Source: Candidatus Yanofskybacteria bacterium
GTDB lineage: Bacteria > Patescibacteriota > Minisyncoccia > 2-02-FULL-40-12 > GWA2-44-9
Assembly: GCA_023245235.1 (NCBI GenBank)
Contig: JAHFKT010000004.1
Span: 1-52,307, forward strand
Direction of reading: 5' to 3'
DNA length: 52,307 bases
Shown here: positions 17,527 through 26,385 of the stretch, in pieces
How the letters are laid out: the number at the start of each line of letters is the position of its first letter
How positions within the stretch are numbered: position 1 is the first letter of the stretch
Notes under the pieces: generated by a model
Seen by the model: the letters and a program-made list of their open reading frames with translations, nothing else
Database searches by the model: none
What the model was told of the DNA's origin: nothing
Program-made: the position numbers and the translations under genes

Positions 17527-19698
17527 ATGAACCTCGTTATTGTAGAAAGTCCGACAAAATCAAAAACTATCTCTAAATTCCTGGGTGGGAATTTTTTGGT
17601 GCGCGCTTCCGTCGGACATGTGCGGGACCTTCCAAAAAGCAATAAAAAGGCCATCGACATCAAGGGCGGGTTCATCCCCCACTATGAAGTCAGCGAGGGC
17701 AAGCAAGAGGTTCTTGAAGATCTGAAACAGATCGCCAAAAAAGCGGACCAAATTTACCTCGCCACTGACCCTGACCGCGAAGGAGAGGCCATTGCATGGC
17801 ACGTGGCGGAAGTGCTCGGTCTGAAGAAACCCAAGCGCATTGTCTTTCACGAGATCACCAAAGATGCCGTAAGGGAGGCCCTGGAACATCCCCGCGAGAT
17901 CGATCCGGAGCTTGTGCGGGCCCAGGAAGCACGCAGGGTCCTTGATCGGCTCGTCGGATATGATCTGTCGGGTCTGATCTGGAAAAAAGTACGCTACGGA
18001 CTTTCCGCCGGGCGCGTCCAGTCACCGGCACTCCGCATCGTCATGGAGAAGGAGCGCGAGATCCGCGCGTTCAAGAGCGAAACATATTATGTCATCGCTG
18101 CCGATATCTCCGGAAAGAACGGGACGGTCTTTCGGGTCACCTGCGAAGAAGAGCCTCGGGACCAAAAGGTCGCCGAAACCATCCTTAAAAAGGGCAGGGC
18201 CGGTTCTTGGTTTATCAAGAACATTACCGAAAGCGAAATAAAGCGGTCGCCCCGCCCGCCGTTCACGACCTCAACGCTCCAGCAAACGGCAAGCTCGCGT
18301 CTTGGCTTTTCACCGGCCCGGGCCATGGTCATCGCCCAAAAGCTGTATGAACAGGGTTTTATAACCTATATGCGCACCGACAGCGTGAACCTTGCTTCTT
18401 CCGCTCAATCACAAATTATCGGTCTCGTCGAAAAAATATATGGCAAAGGATACGCGGAGCCTCGAGTGTACAAGACCACAAGCAAGAACGCCCAAGAAGC
18501 CCATGAAGCTATCCGTCCGACAGATGCGGCGCGGGAAAACGCCGGGCATAATGAAGAGCAGAAAAAACTGTATCGCCTCATCCGGGAGCGGGCTATCGCC
18601 TCGCAGATGGCCGATGCCAAACTGCTGCGCACAAAGATCGTCGCCAATATTACAGAGGATGGCATCCCTGATTTTTCAGCTACCGGTTCGCGTGTAGCCT
18701 TCGACGGCTGGCTGGCCTGCGATATTCGTGCACGGGGAGAAGACGTGGAACTACCCAAAGTCGATAAAAGTGAACCGATGGATCTGAAAGATATGACGAG
18801 CGAAGAAAAACATACTGAACCGCCGGCACGTTATACGGAGGCCGGACTTGTACGGGAATTGGAGAAGCGCGGCATCGGAAGGCCCTCCACATACGCTTCA
18901 ATCATCAAAACTCTCCATGACCGCAAGTACGTGGAGAAGGAGGGCCGGGCGCTTAAACCGACCGATACCGGCGAGGTTGTAAGCTCGTTCCTTGAAGAAA
19001 ACTTCATGAACTACATCGGCGATACGTTCACCGCTGAAATGGAAAACGAGCTTGATGATATTGCTGACGGAAAAAGAGAGTATGTCAAAACTCTCCGGGA
19101 TTTCTACGGACCCTTCCATAAAGACGTCAAAGCGAAAGAGAAGATAGAAAAACTCACCAACCTGGGCGCGGCTCCTGACAAATGGAAGTGTCCGGTCTGC
19201 GGCAGTCCGATGATTATTAAGCTCGGCCGGGGCGGAAAATTCATGAGCTGCGAACGCTATCCCGAATGCAAGGGCGCCCGCCAGCTGGACGGTTCAGTTG
19301 CTGAACCGAATAAACCGCTCGGGACCGATCCGGAAACCGGCCTACCCATCTTTGTTCTTGAGGGCCGTTTCGGGCCATATGTCCAATTGGGTGAAGTGAC
19401 AAAAGAGAAGCCCAAGCCGCGGCGGGCCAGCATACCGAAAGCAAAAGACCTTACGACAGTCACTCTGGATGATGCATTGAAATATTTGCGCCTGCCCCGT
19501 ATACTGGGCACCCATCCCGATACCGGAAAAGATATCGTCGCCAATGTCGGCCGCTTCGGACCGTATATCATGCACGACGGCGACTTTCGTTCATTGAAAA
19601 AAGTTGATGACGTATACACCATTGAACTCCCCCGAGCCCTTGAAATATTGAAGGAGGAAAAGAAGGTCGGCCGGAGAGGTAAGAAAAAGAAGGAATAG
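17527..19698 (+). CDS. topA: DNA topoisomerase I (type IA)
   Basis: The TOPRIM N-terminus reads LVIVESPTKSKTISKFLG and ATDPDREGEAIAWH, with the active-site region GFITYMRTDS. There is one C4 zinc finger (CPVCGSPM...CERYPEC) and two GRFGPY repeats. Confidence 0.95.
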   Translation: MNLVIVESPTKSKTISKFLGGNFLVRASVGHVRDLPKSNKKAIDIKGGFIPHYEVSEGKQEVLEDLKQIAKKADQIYLATDPDREGEAIAWHVAEVLGLKKPKRIVFHEITKDAVREALEHPREIDPELVRAQEARRVLDRLVGYDLSGLIWKKVRYGLSAGRVQSPALRIVMEKEREIRAFKSETYYVIAADISGKNGTVFRVTCEEEPRDQKVAETILKKGRAGSWFIKNITESEIKRSPRPPFTTSTLQQTASSRLGFSPARAMVIAQKLYEQGFITYMRTDSVNLASSAQSQIIGLVEKIYGKGYAEPRVYKTTSKNAQEAHEAIRPTDAARENAGHNEEQKKLYRLIRERAIASQMADAKLLRTKIVANITEDGIPDFSATGSRVAFDGWLACDIRARGEDVELPKVDKSEPMDLKDMTSEEKHTEPPARYTEAGLVRELEKRGIGRPSTYASIIKTLHDRKYVEKEGRALKPTDTGEVVSSFLEENFMNYIGDTFTAEMENELDDIADGKREYVKTLRDFYGPFHKDVKAKEKIEKLTNLGAAPDKWKCPVCGSPMIIKLGRGGKFMSCERYPECKGARQLDGSVAEPNKPLGTDPETGLPIFVLEGRFGPYVQLGEVTKEKPKPRRASIPKAKDLTTVTLDDALKYLRLPRILGTHPDTGKDIVANVGRFGPYIMHDGDFRSLKKVDDVYTIELPRALEILKEEKKVGRRGKKKKE

Positions 19699-19709
19699 AC
19701 ATTACACAT

Positions 19710-20012
19710 ATGCCCGAAATATCAAAAAATAAAGAAGTTGGAGCGATCTGTCCCGAGTGCAAGATCGGCCGTCTCGTCATCAAGACCGGCCGCTACGGTA
19801 ACTTTACCGCCTGCTCGAACTTTCCGAACTGCAAATATATCGTCAAGGAAGAAAGAGCTAAGCCGGTAGATACCGGCGAGATCTGCGATTCGTGCAATGT
19901 CGGCCATATGCTTATCCGGGACGGTAAATTTGGAAAGTTCAAAGCCTGCTCGAATTATCCCAGGTGTAAAAATACGAAGAAGATAACTGCGGATAGAAAA
20001 AGTCCGGCATAG
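19710..20012 (+). CDS. Stand-alone topoisomerase-type C4 zinc-finger protein (two zf-C4_Topoisom repeats)
   Basis: Repeat 1 is CPECKIGRL...GNFTACSNFPNC and repeat 2 is CDSCNVGHM...GKFKACSNYPRC. The gene starts 11 nt after the topA stop codon. Confidence 0.7.
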   Translation: MPEISKNKEVGAICPECKIGRLVIKTGRYGNFTACSNFPNCKYIVKEERAKPVDTGEICDSCNVGHMLIRDGKFGKFKACSNYPRCKNTKKITADRKSPA

Positions 20013-20019
20013 CCGGACT
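20001..20019. terminator. Shared hairpin between convergent genes
   Basis: The stem agtccggc / gccggact has a 3-nt loop and overlaps both stop codons (20010-20012 and 20018-20020). Confidence 0.4.
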
Positions 20020-20923
20020 ACTTGACCTCGACGGGATGCAGATTCTCCCGATACTCTGCCAGGCATTGCCGGATCGCATCGGGCGCATCAGACATATGAA
20101 TTCCGACCTTTTGCAGTTTTTCTGTTGAGAGAACGCAGTTGGACCGCCGGGCAAGTGTTTTGTACTCATGCAATCCGACCATCTGGTACCTCTCACGATG
20201 ATCCGGATCCACAATCTCGCAGTACCAATCCATGATCTGTTCGTGGCGGACCGGAACCGGATTGGTCACATGATAGATACCAACCCCCCGGAGAAGCATC
20301 AGCTGTTCGGTCACCTGGAGCAGTTCGTCTACGACCGTGACCGAATTCAAAACATTGATGATATGTGTGCCCCCGGCAAGCTTGGTGATCAGATTTCGCG
20401 GATGAACTTCTCCGCTGATCGGCATCCGGATCCGAAGAATGAGCGTATTGCCAAGCTGAGACAGGATCTCGTCGGCCTGGACTTTGGTCCAGGCATACCA
20501 GCTGACCGGATTTGGCGTGTCGGTTTCTTTAAAACCTCCCTCGGTGGACCCGTCAAAGATGCAGCCGCTGCCGAGGTGGACCAAGTAGATCCCTCTGGAC
20601 AGACACTGCCTGCCGATGATACCGGCTCCGATCGTATTTACCTGATACGTCCGATCTTTGGCTTCTTGGCTGGCCTGGCAGCCGTCGATATTGGGATAGC
20701 CCCAACCGTGGGTCTTCCCGGCCGTATTGATGACTACATCGGGCCGGACCGCATCGAGAACGGTAGCCACCATAGAACCGTTGGTGACATCTGCCGTCGA
20801 AATGCTCGCCGCAAATCGCTGGGGCTGTCTATTGAAGTAGCGGGCATAGCGTTCGGTCAGCCATCCGATACCGTGGGCACTGGCTCCGAAGATCAGGATC
20901 CTGGTCCGATCATCCATATTCAT
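20018..20923 (-). CDS. NRS/ER-type (RmlD-like) SDR, a nucleotide-4-keto-6-deoxy-sugar reductase
   Basis: It has the Rossmann motif ILIFGASAHGIG and the catalytic YAWTK motif. The block LRIRMPISGEVHPRNLITKL...SVTVVDELL resembles plant NRS/ER rhamnose-synthesis enzymes. I set the start at the ATG at 20923 because the TTG at 20968 is itself the -35 box. Confidence 0.7.
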   Translation of the reverse strand: MNMDDRTRILIFGASAHGIGWLTERYARYFNRQPQRFAASISTADVTNGSMVATVLDAVRPDVVINTAGKTHGWGYPNIDGCQASQEAKDRTYQVNTIGAGIIGRQCLSRGIYLVHLGSGCIFDGSTEGGFKETDTPNPVSWYAWTKVQADEILSQLGNTLILRIRMPISGEVHPRNLITKLAGGTHIINVLNSVTVVDELLQVTEQLMLLRGVGIYHVTNPVPVRHEQIMDWYCEIVDPDHRERYQMVGLHEYKTLARRSNCVLSTEKLQKVGIHMSDAPDAIRQCLAEYRENLHPVEVK

Positions 20924-20939
20924 AAAGAACAGTGGGCAT

Positions 20940-20968
20940 AATGTACGACTATTTGCGACCGTGGTCAA
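20940..20968 (-). promoter_or_regulatory. Sigma70-type promoter (TTGACC-17-TACATT)
   Basis: On the minus strand the -35 is TTGACC (20968-20963), the spacer is 17 nt, and the -10 is TACATT (20945-20940). It lies immediately downstream of the parB terminator. Confidence 0.5.
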
Positions 20969-20970
20969 TC

Positions 20971-21001
20971 AAAAACGGGGCCTGCAGCAGGCCCCGTTTT
21001 T
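20971..21001 (-). terminator. Rho-independent terminator after parB
   Basis: The stem aaaaacggggcc...ggccccgttttt is followed by a T-run on the minus strand. Confidence 0.7.
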
Positions 21002-21004
21002 GCT

Positions 21005-21892
21005 CTAGTCGATGATATTTTTGGCTATCTTATTGAGATCCTCCAGCGAGGCGAATTTGATGACGATCTTTCCTCCGCTCGCCGCAGCGCCATGGATCGC
21101 AACGGTCGTGCCAAGCGTTTCAGCAAGATTTTTTTCCAGCTCCACGAATTTCCCGTCTGCTTTTGGCTTCTTTGAAGGACTTTTATGTGCTGAAGCGGCG
21201 CTCTCGACATCTTTCGATGAAACTCCTCCGCTCAGTATCTGCCGATACATCTCCCTCTGCTTGGCCGCATCGCTGAAGGCGAGCAGCGCCCGGGCATGAG
21301 CCCGGCTTAATTTACCGGAACGAAGTGATACTCTGATATCTTCGGGCAGGTTCATCAGTCGGATGGCATTGGCAACCACTTCCCGTGATTTGGAAACTTT
21401 ATCGGCGATCTCCTGTTGGGTCAGGCCGAACTCTTTTGCCAGCCGCGCATATGCTTCCGCCTCTTCCATCGGATTCAAATTTTCCCGCTGGACGTTTTCG
21501 ATCAATGCAACTTCCAGGCGGTCTTTTTCTTTTTCAAAATCATCACGGATAATAACCGGTACATGCGGCAGTCCGGCCATCTTGGCGGCCCTCAAACGGC
21601 GTTCTCCGGCGATCAGCTGATATGAAACGTCCAAGCCCTTCGGAGATGAATGCTCTATTTTAGAAACAAGGAGCGGCTGCAACACGCCGTACTTACGAAT
21701 CGATTTTGAAAGCTCACCGAGAGCTTCCTTGTCGAAATCCTGACGGGGCTGATCGGGATTGGCATCAATCTTGGAAATTTCGACATAGAAAACATTTTCC
21801 TTGCGCATTGCAGGCTGCATTTCACTGGCCGAGGGAATAAGCGAGCCCAATCCCTTACCCAGTCCGAATAATTTTTTACCGTTAATAGCCAT
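21005..21892 (-). CDS. parB: Chromosome partitioning protein ParB (Spo0J)
   Basis: Motifs include GLGKGLGSLI, ANPDQPRQDFD, LIAGERRLRAAKMAGL and an HTH (LTQQEIADKVSKSREVVANAIRL). Confidence 0.92.
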   Translation of the reverse strand: MAINGKKLFGLGKGLGSLIPSASEMQPAMRKENVFYVEISKIDANPDQPRQDFDKEALGELSKSIRKYGVLQPLLVSKIEHSSPKGLDVSYQLIAGERRLRAAKMAGLPHVPVIIRDDFEKEKDRLEVALIENVQRENLNPMEEAEAYARLAKEFGLTQQEIADKVSKSREVVANAIRLMNLPEDIRVSLRSGKLSRAHARALLAFSDAAKQREMYRQILSGGVSSKDVESAASAHKSPSKKPKADGKFVELEKNLAETLGTTVAIHGAAASGGKIVIKFASLEDLNKIAKNIID

Positions 21893-22656
21893 TAATTCGA
21901 ATACTTTATAACCTCTTCCGCCAGTTGTCGATAGCTCCGGGCGGCTTTTGAATTGGGGTCGAATTGAAGAATCGTCTTGCCGAAGCTCGGCGCCTCCGCC
22001 AGTGACACCGTTCTGGGGATCACGGCATCGAACACTCTGCCCGGAAAGTTCCTGTGGACCTCGTTGACGACCTGGTTCGCCAGCTGATTCCTCTTATCAT
22101 ACATTGTAAGCAATACGCCGAGTACCTGCAAATCAGGATTCAAGCCCTCGCGGACAAGTTCAACGGTCTTTAAAAGCTGGCTCAAACCTTCAAGTGCGAA
22201 GTATTCGCATTGGACCGGAATGAGGACTCTCTCGGAAGCCGCCAAACCATTCACGGTCAGGAGACCAAGGGACGGCGGACAGTCTATCAGTATGAAATCG
22301 TAATTAGAGCGGATACTGTTCAGAACTTTTTTAAGGCGGGTCTCCCGCTCTTCCATAGAGACCAATTCTACGGTCGCCCCGGCCAGACTTTGGGCGGCCG
22401 GCAGGATATCGAATCCGAAAATGCCGGTTTTTTTGAGGAAGCCAGCCGGATTCTGGTCATTGATGAGCGCATGATAAATATTGAAGTCGTTCTCATGCAT
22501 CGGAACTCCGAGACCGACAGTGGCGTTTGCCTGGGAATCAAGGTCAACCAAAAGAATATACTTGCCCATCGCCGCCAGGTAAGCCGCCAGATTCACGGCC
22601 GTGGTGGTCTTGCCGACACCGCCTTTTTGATTACAGATCGAGATTACCCTAGCCAT
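21892..22656 (-). CDS. parA: Chromosome partitioning ATPase ParA (Soj)
   Basis: It carries the deviant Walker A NQKGGVGKTTTAVNLAAYLA and the motif ILIDCPPSLG. Its stop codon overlaps the parB start by 1 nt (TAATG). Confidence 0.93.
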   Translation of the reverse strand: MARVISICNQKGGVGKTTTAVNLAAYLAAMGKYILLVDLDSQANATVGLGVPMHENDFNIYHALINDQNPAGFLKKTGIFGFDILPAAQSLAGATVELVSMEERETRLKKVLNSIRSNYDFILIDCPPSLGLLTVNGLAASERVLIPVQCEYFALEGLSQLLKTVELVREGLNPDLQVLGVLLTMYDKRNQLANQVVNEVHRNFPGRVFDAVIPRTVSLAEAPSFGKTILQFDPNSKAARSYRQLAEEVIKYSN

Positions 22657-22662
22657 GAGCGA

Positions 22663-22671
22663 ATAATATCA
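22663..22671 (-). promoter_or_regulatory. Extended -10 (TGaTATTAT) 6 nt upstream of the parA ATG
   Basis: The minus strand reads tagTGaTATTATtcgctcATGgct. Confidence 0.45.
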
Positions 22672-22690
22672 CTAAACCGGAAATAATCAA

Positions 22691-22719
22691 TTGAAAAATC
22701 AGGTCTGAAATGATAAACT
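22691..22719 (+). promoter_or_regulatory. Promoter of tRNA-Leu/folD (TTGAAA-17-TGaTAAACT)
   Basis: The -35 is TTGAAA (22691-22696), the spacer is 17 nt, and the -10 is TAAACT (22714-22719) preceded by TGa. Confidence 0.45.
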
Positions 22720-22749
22720 ACCCGGGTCATTAAAAACCAAAGTGGTAAT

Positions 22750-22833
22750 GCCCGAGTGGCGGAATTGGCATACGCGCGCGACTCAAAATCGCGTGTCCTT
22801 ACGGACTTGTGGGTTCAACTCCCACCTCGGGCA
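22750..22833 (+). tRNA. tRNA-Leu (anticodon CAA), class II with long variable arm, no encoded CCA
   Basis: The acceptor pairs GCCCGAG with CTCGGGC, followed by A. The anticodon stem CGCGA/TCGCG has the loop CTCAAAA. The variable arm is TGTCCTTACGGACTTG and the T-arm is GTGGG-TTCAACT-CCCAC. Confidence 0.9.
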
Positions 22834-22850
22834 CAAAAACTTACACCCTC

Positions 22851-23678
22851 ATGATCATTGCCGACGGAAGAGCGATAGCGCAGAAAATTCTGAACAAGAT
22901 AAAAGCCGGCCTTGATGGCCGGCGTATTTCTATTGCGGCCATATGGATGGGTAATGACCCTGCGGTCGGCCGCTTCGTTGAACTGAAGAAAAAATATGCC
23001 GAATCGATCGGCATGGAATTCCGAGTACACCACTTTGGGACGGATGTTTCGGAAAAAGAACTCATGGATAAGCTGCGAATATTGAATGCAGACAAAAGCA
23101 TGACCGGAATCATCGTGGAGCTTCCCCTGCCAAAGAACTTGGACCAGATTAAGGTCCTGGATACGATTCCCCCGGAAAAAGATATTGATATTCTTTCTTC
23201 GGCGGCCCAAGAGAACTATTACAAAGACCGGTCGAAAATCCTGCCTCCGGCGGTACGGGCCCTGGAACTTTTGTTTAACGAGCACCGAATAAACCCCCTC
23301 GGTAAAACTGCGGCCGTATTCGGCCAGGGCATGCTTGTGGGCATGCCCGTGTCGCACTGGCTGGAAAAAAGCGGTGCCAAAGTCTTTCGTATCGATGAGC
23401 ATACTTCAAATCCGGGAGAACTATCACGACAGGCCGATATAATAGTTTCGGGAGTGGGTAAACCCGGCCTCATCCATGGAAACATGGTTAAGAAAGGTGC
23501 GGTGGTCGTTGATTTCGGTTACGGGAAAATAGGAAATAAGATGGCCGGAGATGTAGAGTTTGATTCGGTTGCGTCTAGATCATCGCTGATTACTCCGGTG
23601 CCCGGCGGAATGGGACCGTTGGTCATCGCATCTTTTCTTGAGAACGCACTCGAGTTCTCTGAGAGAGCCGCTTTATAA
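22851..23678 (+). CDS. folD: Bifunctional methylenetetrahydrofolate dehydrogenase/cyclohydrolase
   Basis: The sequence starts MIIADGRAIAQKIL and contains GIIVELPLP, VFGQGMLVGMPV and ITPVPGGMGP. The tracked ORF start at 22809 lies inside the tRNA, so I moved the start to the ATG at 22851. Confidence 0.88.
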   Translation: MIIADGRAIAQKILNKIKAGLDGRRISIAAIWMGNDPAVGRFVELKKKYAESIGMEFRVHHFGTDVSEKELMDKLRILNADKSMTGIIVELPLPKNLDQIKVLDTIPPEKDIDILSSAAQENYYKDRSKILPPAVRALELLFNEHRINPLGKTAAVFGQGMLVGMPVSHWLEKSGAKVFRIDEHTSNPGELSRQADIIVSGVGKPGLIHGNMVKKGAVVVDFGYGKIGNKMAGDVEFDSVASRSSLITPVPGGMGPLVIASFLENALEFSERAAL

Positions 23679-24197
23679 TCCCCGCCTGTTTTTGTACTTC
23701 CGATAGAGCCGGTCGCAGACCAAAGCGGTTCCAACACCGATCACCATCCCGCCGATGATGTCATATGGCCAATGGACTCCGGTGAAGACACGAGCGAAGC
23801 CTATTAATGCCGCAAGAAAGAGATAGTACCATCCGGCTTTTTTATTATAGAGATAGACGCCGGTTGCCAGAGCGAATGAGAATACGGTGTGGCCCGACGG
23901 GAATGAGGCCTCGACTTCTTTGGCCACCAACAGATTCACTTGAGACAGGACCTGATACGGTCGCAGTTCAGAATAGAACCAACGGATCACCGGAATGACA
24001 CCGAACCGGGCTATGAGTGCCGAACTGATGGACACGACGGCCATGTTTCTCCACCGTTTGTAATTTCGGAGAAGTTCAAACGCAACGCCGAGGATTAAGG
24101 CATACATCAGATACCGGGCACAGAAGATCATTACGGCATCCAGCCAGCCAAACCGGCCCGCGAGGCCGTTGATCGCCCGAAAGATCGCTTCATTCAT
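23673..24197 (-). CDS. PAP2-family phosphatase (BcrC-type undecaprenyl-diphosphatase candidate)
   Basis: PAP2 motifs are present: the RP residues in YSELRPYQV (the KxxxxxxRP motif, whose conserved Lys I cannot identify), SFPSGHT and GVHWPYDIIGG. It has 5 TM segments. Confidence 0.75.
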   Translation of the reverse strand: MNEAIFRAINGLAGRFGWLDAVMIFCARYLMYALILGVAFELLRNYKRWRNMAVVSISSALIARFGVIPVIRWFYSELRPYQVLSQVNLLVAKEVEASFPSGHTVFSFALATGVYLYNKKAGWYYLFLAALIGFARVFTGVHWPYDIIGGMVIGVGTALVCDRLYRKYKNRRGL

Positions 24198-24209
24198 ATA
24201 CGTAATGCC

Positions 24210-24965
24210 TTATCGTAGAAATAGCAGGAGTAGCAGGCCGATAACGATCCGGTACCAACCGAAGGCGGAGAGGGAATGCGTTTGGAGATATTTAAGCAAC
24301 CACCGGACACTAGCCAGCGCGGAGATAAATGCGGCTAAACAACCGACGGCAAGCAATGCAAGATTTCCATGGATCGAAACGGTGTGAATGTTTTTGTACA
24401 GGTCATAACCGCTGGCGGCGACCATCGTCGGAATCGCAAGCATGAACGAGAACTCGACCGCCGTTGCCCGCGACATACCCGCCGCTTCCCCGCCGATGAT
24501 GGTAGCCGCCGCCCGTGAAATGCCCGGGATCAATGCCAGCGTCTGGGCCAGTCCGGCCCAAAACGCATTGGCATATCCGACGACTCCATGACGTTCCCGG
24601 TGCCAGTGCTCAAAACAGATGATAACCGCGCCGCCGATGACCAGCGACCAAGCCACAATCGTCACGCTCCCCAACAAAAGGCCTTTTACCGCTGGATAGA
24701 CCAGAAATCCGATGATCGCCGTCGGAATAAAGGCGATGATCAGCTCAAAGAACAGTATCAGGTTGGCAAGGATCCGCTTCCAATACAGGATCACGACCGC
24801 CATCACGGCGGCGAGCTGAATGACGATCTCAAATGTTTTCAAAAAGTCGGACTCGGGCAAACCGAACAGCCTAGAGGCAATGATGAGGTGGCCGGTTGAA
24901 GAGATCGGCAGAAACTCCGTAACTCCTTCGACCAAACCGAGAATCAATGAGTGAATAATATCCAC
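24210..24965 (-). CDS. uppP: Undecaprenyl-diphosphate phosphatase (BacA/UppP)
   Basis: The motif GLVEGVTEFLPISSTGHL is present together with PGISRAAATI. The protein is polytopic. Confidence 0.9.
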   Translation of the reverse strand: MDIIHSLILGLVEGVTEFLPISSTGHLIIASRLFGLPESDFLKTFEIVIQLAAVMAVVILYWKRILANLILFFELIIAFIPTAIIGFLVYPAVKGLLLGSVTIVAWSLVIGGAVIICFEHWHRERHGVVGYANAFWAGLAQTLALIPGISRAAATIIGGEAAGMSRATAVEFSFMLAIPTMVAASGYDLYKNIHTVSIHGNLALLAVGCLAAFISALASVRWLLKYLQTHSLSAFGWYRIVIGLLLLLFLR

Positions 24966-24977
24966 GGAATCATTATC

Positions 24978-25613
24978 CTATACTTCCAGCAGCTTTAGCA
25001 AATCTTCCGGCTTGGATGGACCGATACGCAGTACCTTCGGCTTATCGGTCGTGCAGTCAATGATCACCGAAGTATTTGATTTGGGAAGTACGCCGGCATC
25101 GATGATAAGGTCCGGACGCGGAACATGATGACTGAACTCACGGATGATGGTATTGATATCGCCGGTCGGAGCTGCCCCGGATATATTGGCCGATGTGGTC
25201 ACGAGCGGATATCCGAAGCGGGCAAGCAGTTTATCCGTGAACACATGGTCGGCGATCCGGATACCGACACTGGGCAGTCCGGTGGTCGTAATGGCCGGAA
25301 TGATCTCCTTTTTCGGCAATACAAGCGTGAATTTGCCGGGCCAAAATTTCTCGGCCATCTTCCGATGCTGATCGTTCAAATACGCCAGCTCCTCGACCCA
25401 TACCATGTTCCGGGCGAGGATCGGCAACGGCTTTGAGCTCCGTTCCTTAATATCAAAGATGCGCCGCACCGCGAACTCATCGAGTGCGTTACAGCCAAGA
25501 CCGTACACCGTATCCGTCGGATATATGATCGTCCCGCCTGATTTTAAAATGGAAAGGGCCTCGTTGATGATGGGATCGAGGTCCTTATTGAGATCGACTT
25601 GAATGATATTCAT
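24978..25613 (-). CDS. tsaC: L-threonylcarbamoyladenylate synthase (TsaC/YwlC, Sua5/YrdC domain)
   Basis: Motifs include IIYPTDTVYGLGCNA, KERSSKPLPIL and TSANISG. Confidence 0.85.
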   Translation of the reverse strand: MNIIQVDLNKDLDPIINEALSILKSGGTIIYPTDTVYGLGCNALDEFAVRRIFDIKERSSKPLPILARNMVWVEELAYLNDQHRKMAEKFWPGKFTLVLPKKEIIPAITTTGLPSVGIRIADHVFTDKLLARFGYPLVTTSANISGAAPTGDINTIIREFSHHVPRPDLIIDAGVLPKSNTSVIIDCTTDKPKVLRIGPSKPEDLLKLLEV

Positions 25614-25659
25614 TTGATTGACTAATCCTCTCTATATTCAATAATACAAAAAACGGTCA

Positions 25660-26385
25660 TTGACAATGAGTCCCGGTAACATAAAAATGTTGATCGTCGG
25701 AATTTCGACGTTTTTCGCAGGCCTGGCAATGGGTATCGGCATAACACTCGTATATGATGGCGAACCTTTGGAGCCGGCACCATACCAAGTGCCTCAATTC
25801 ATTCAGCCCAAGAGACCGCCATCCAGAGGTCCCGAGGACCCCGGAAATTGGCCGCAGATTCCCAGAAGCCAAAAAATCCTGTGGCAGCAGCCGGCCGGTA
25901 ACCATGATGAAGAAGAGATCGTCTCGGTGCTGCGGTCTATCGCCCATGATGTTGCCGAGCGAAATATCAATTTCCATCTCACTTTTCAGCTTCAGCAATT
26001 TCCTGTTACGTACGTCCTGAGGCTGACCGATCCGGTCAATCCGAAACAGTTGCCCATCAGGTACTACGTTATATTCAGCGTAAGCCGGGTCATCCTTTCG
26101 GTCAAAAATGGTACCGGTACTCTCTATATCCGGGGTCCTCATCAGGGGATATTCTACCAACAGAATGTGTCGGGTCCGTCGACGATCGAGTTTCTGGGAC
26201 TTCAGGACACCATACCGCTCAGATTCCAGGACAATCTCATTGCTGCTCAGATGGAGATCAGCAGTGACGAATTACGAACTCTATTCAATATTGCGCCTCT
26301 GGGAGGTTCCGTGCTCAAGCCGGAATCCCCGTGGGCGCTTTTTTTCATAATAAATACCGCACGATTCGTGCGGTATTTATTATGA
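25660..26385 (+). CDS. Hypothetical membrane-anchored protein (N-terminal TM helix, Pro-rich linker, beta-rich domain)
   Basis: It has a signal-anchor segment MLIVGISTFFAGLAMGIGITLVY. A candidate promoter TTGACT (25618-25623), 16-nt spacer, AATAAT (25640-25645) lies upstream. The ORF ends in the hairpin at 26349-26381. The start is either TTG at 25660 or ATG at 25666. A 167-aa ORF on the opposite strand competes with it (see findings). Confidence 0.45.
   Translation: MTMSPGNIKMLIVGISTFFAGLAMGIGITLVYDGEPLEPAPYQVPQFIQPKRPPSRGPEDPGNWPQIPRSQKILWQQPAGNHDEEEIVSVLRSIAHDVAERNINFHLTFQLQQFPVTYVLRLTDPVNPKQLPIRYYVIFSVSRVILSVKNGTGTLYIRGPHQGIFYQQNVSGPSTIEFLGLQDTIPLRFQDNLIAAQMEISSDELRTLFNIAPLGGSVLKPESPWALFFIINTARFVRYLL
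26349..26381. terminator. Bidirectional hairpin overlapping the rpsP stop and the end of the plus-strand ORF
   Basis: A 15-bp stem pairs aataaataccgcacg with cgtgcggtatttatt around an att loop. Confidence 0.6.

Noticed and set aside
22809-22850. folD ORF starting at 22809.
   Set aside because: Those codons lie inside the T-arm and acceptor stem of tRNA-Leu. FolD homology starts at MIIADGRAIA (22851).
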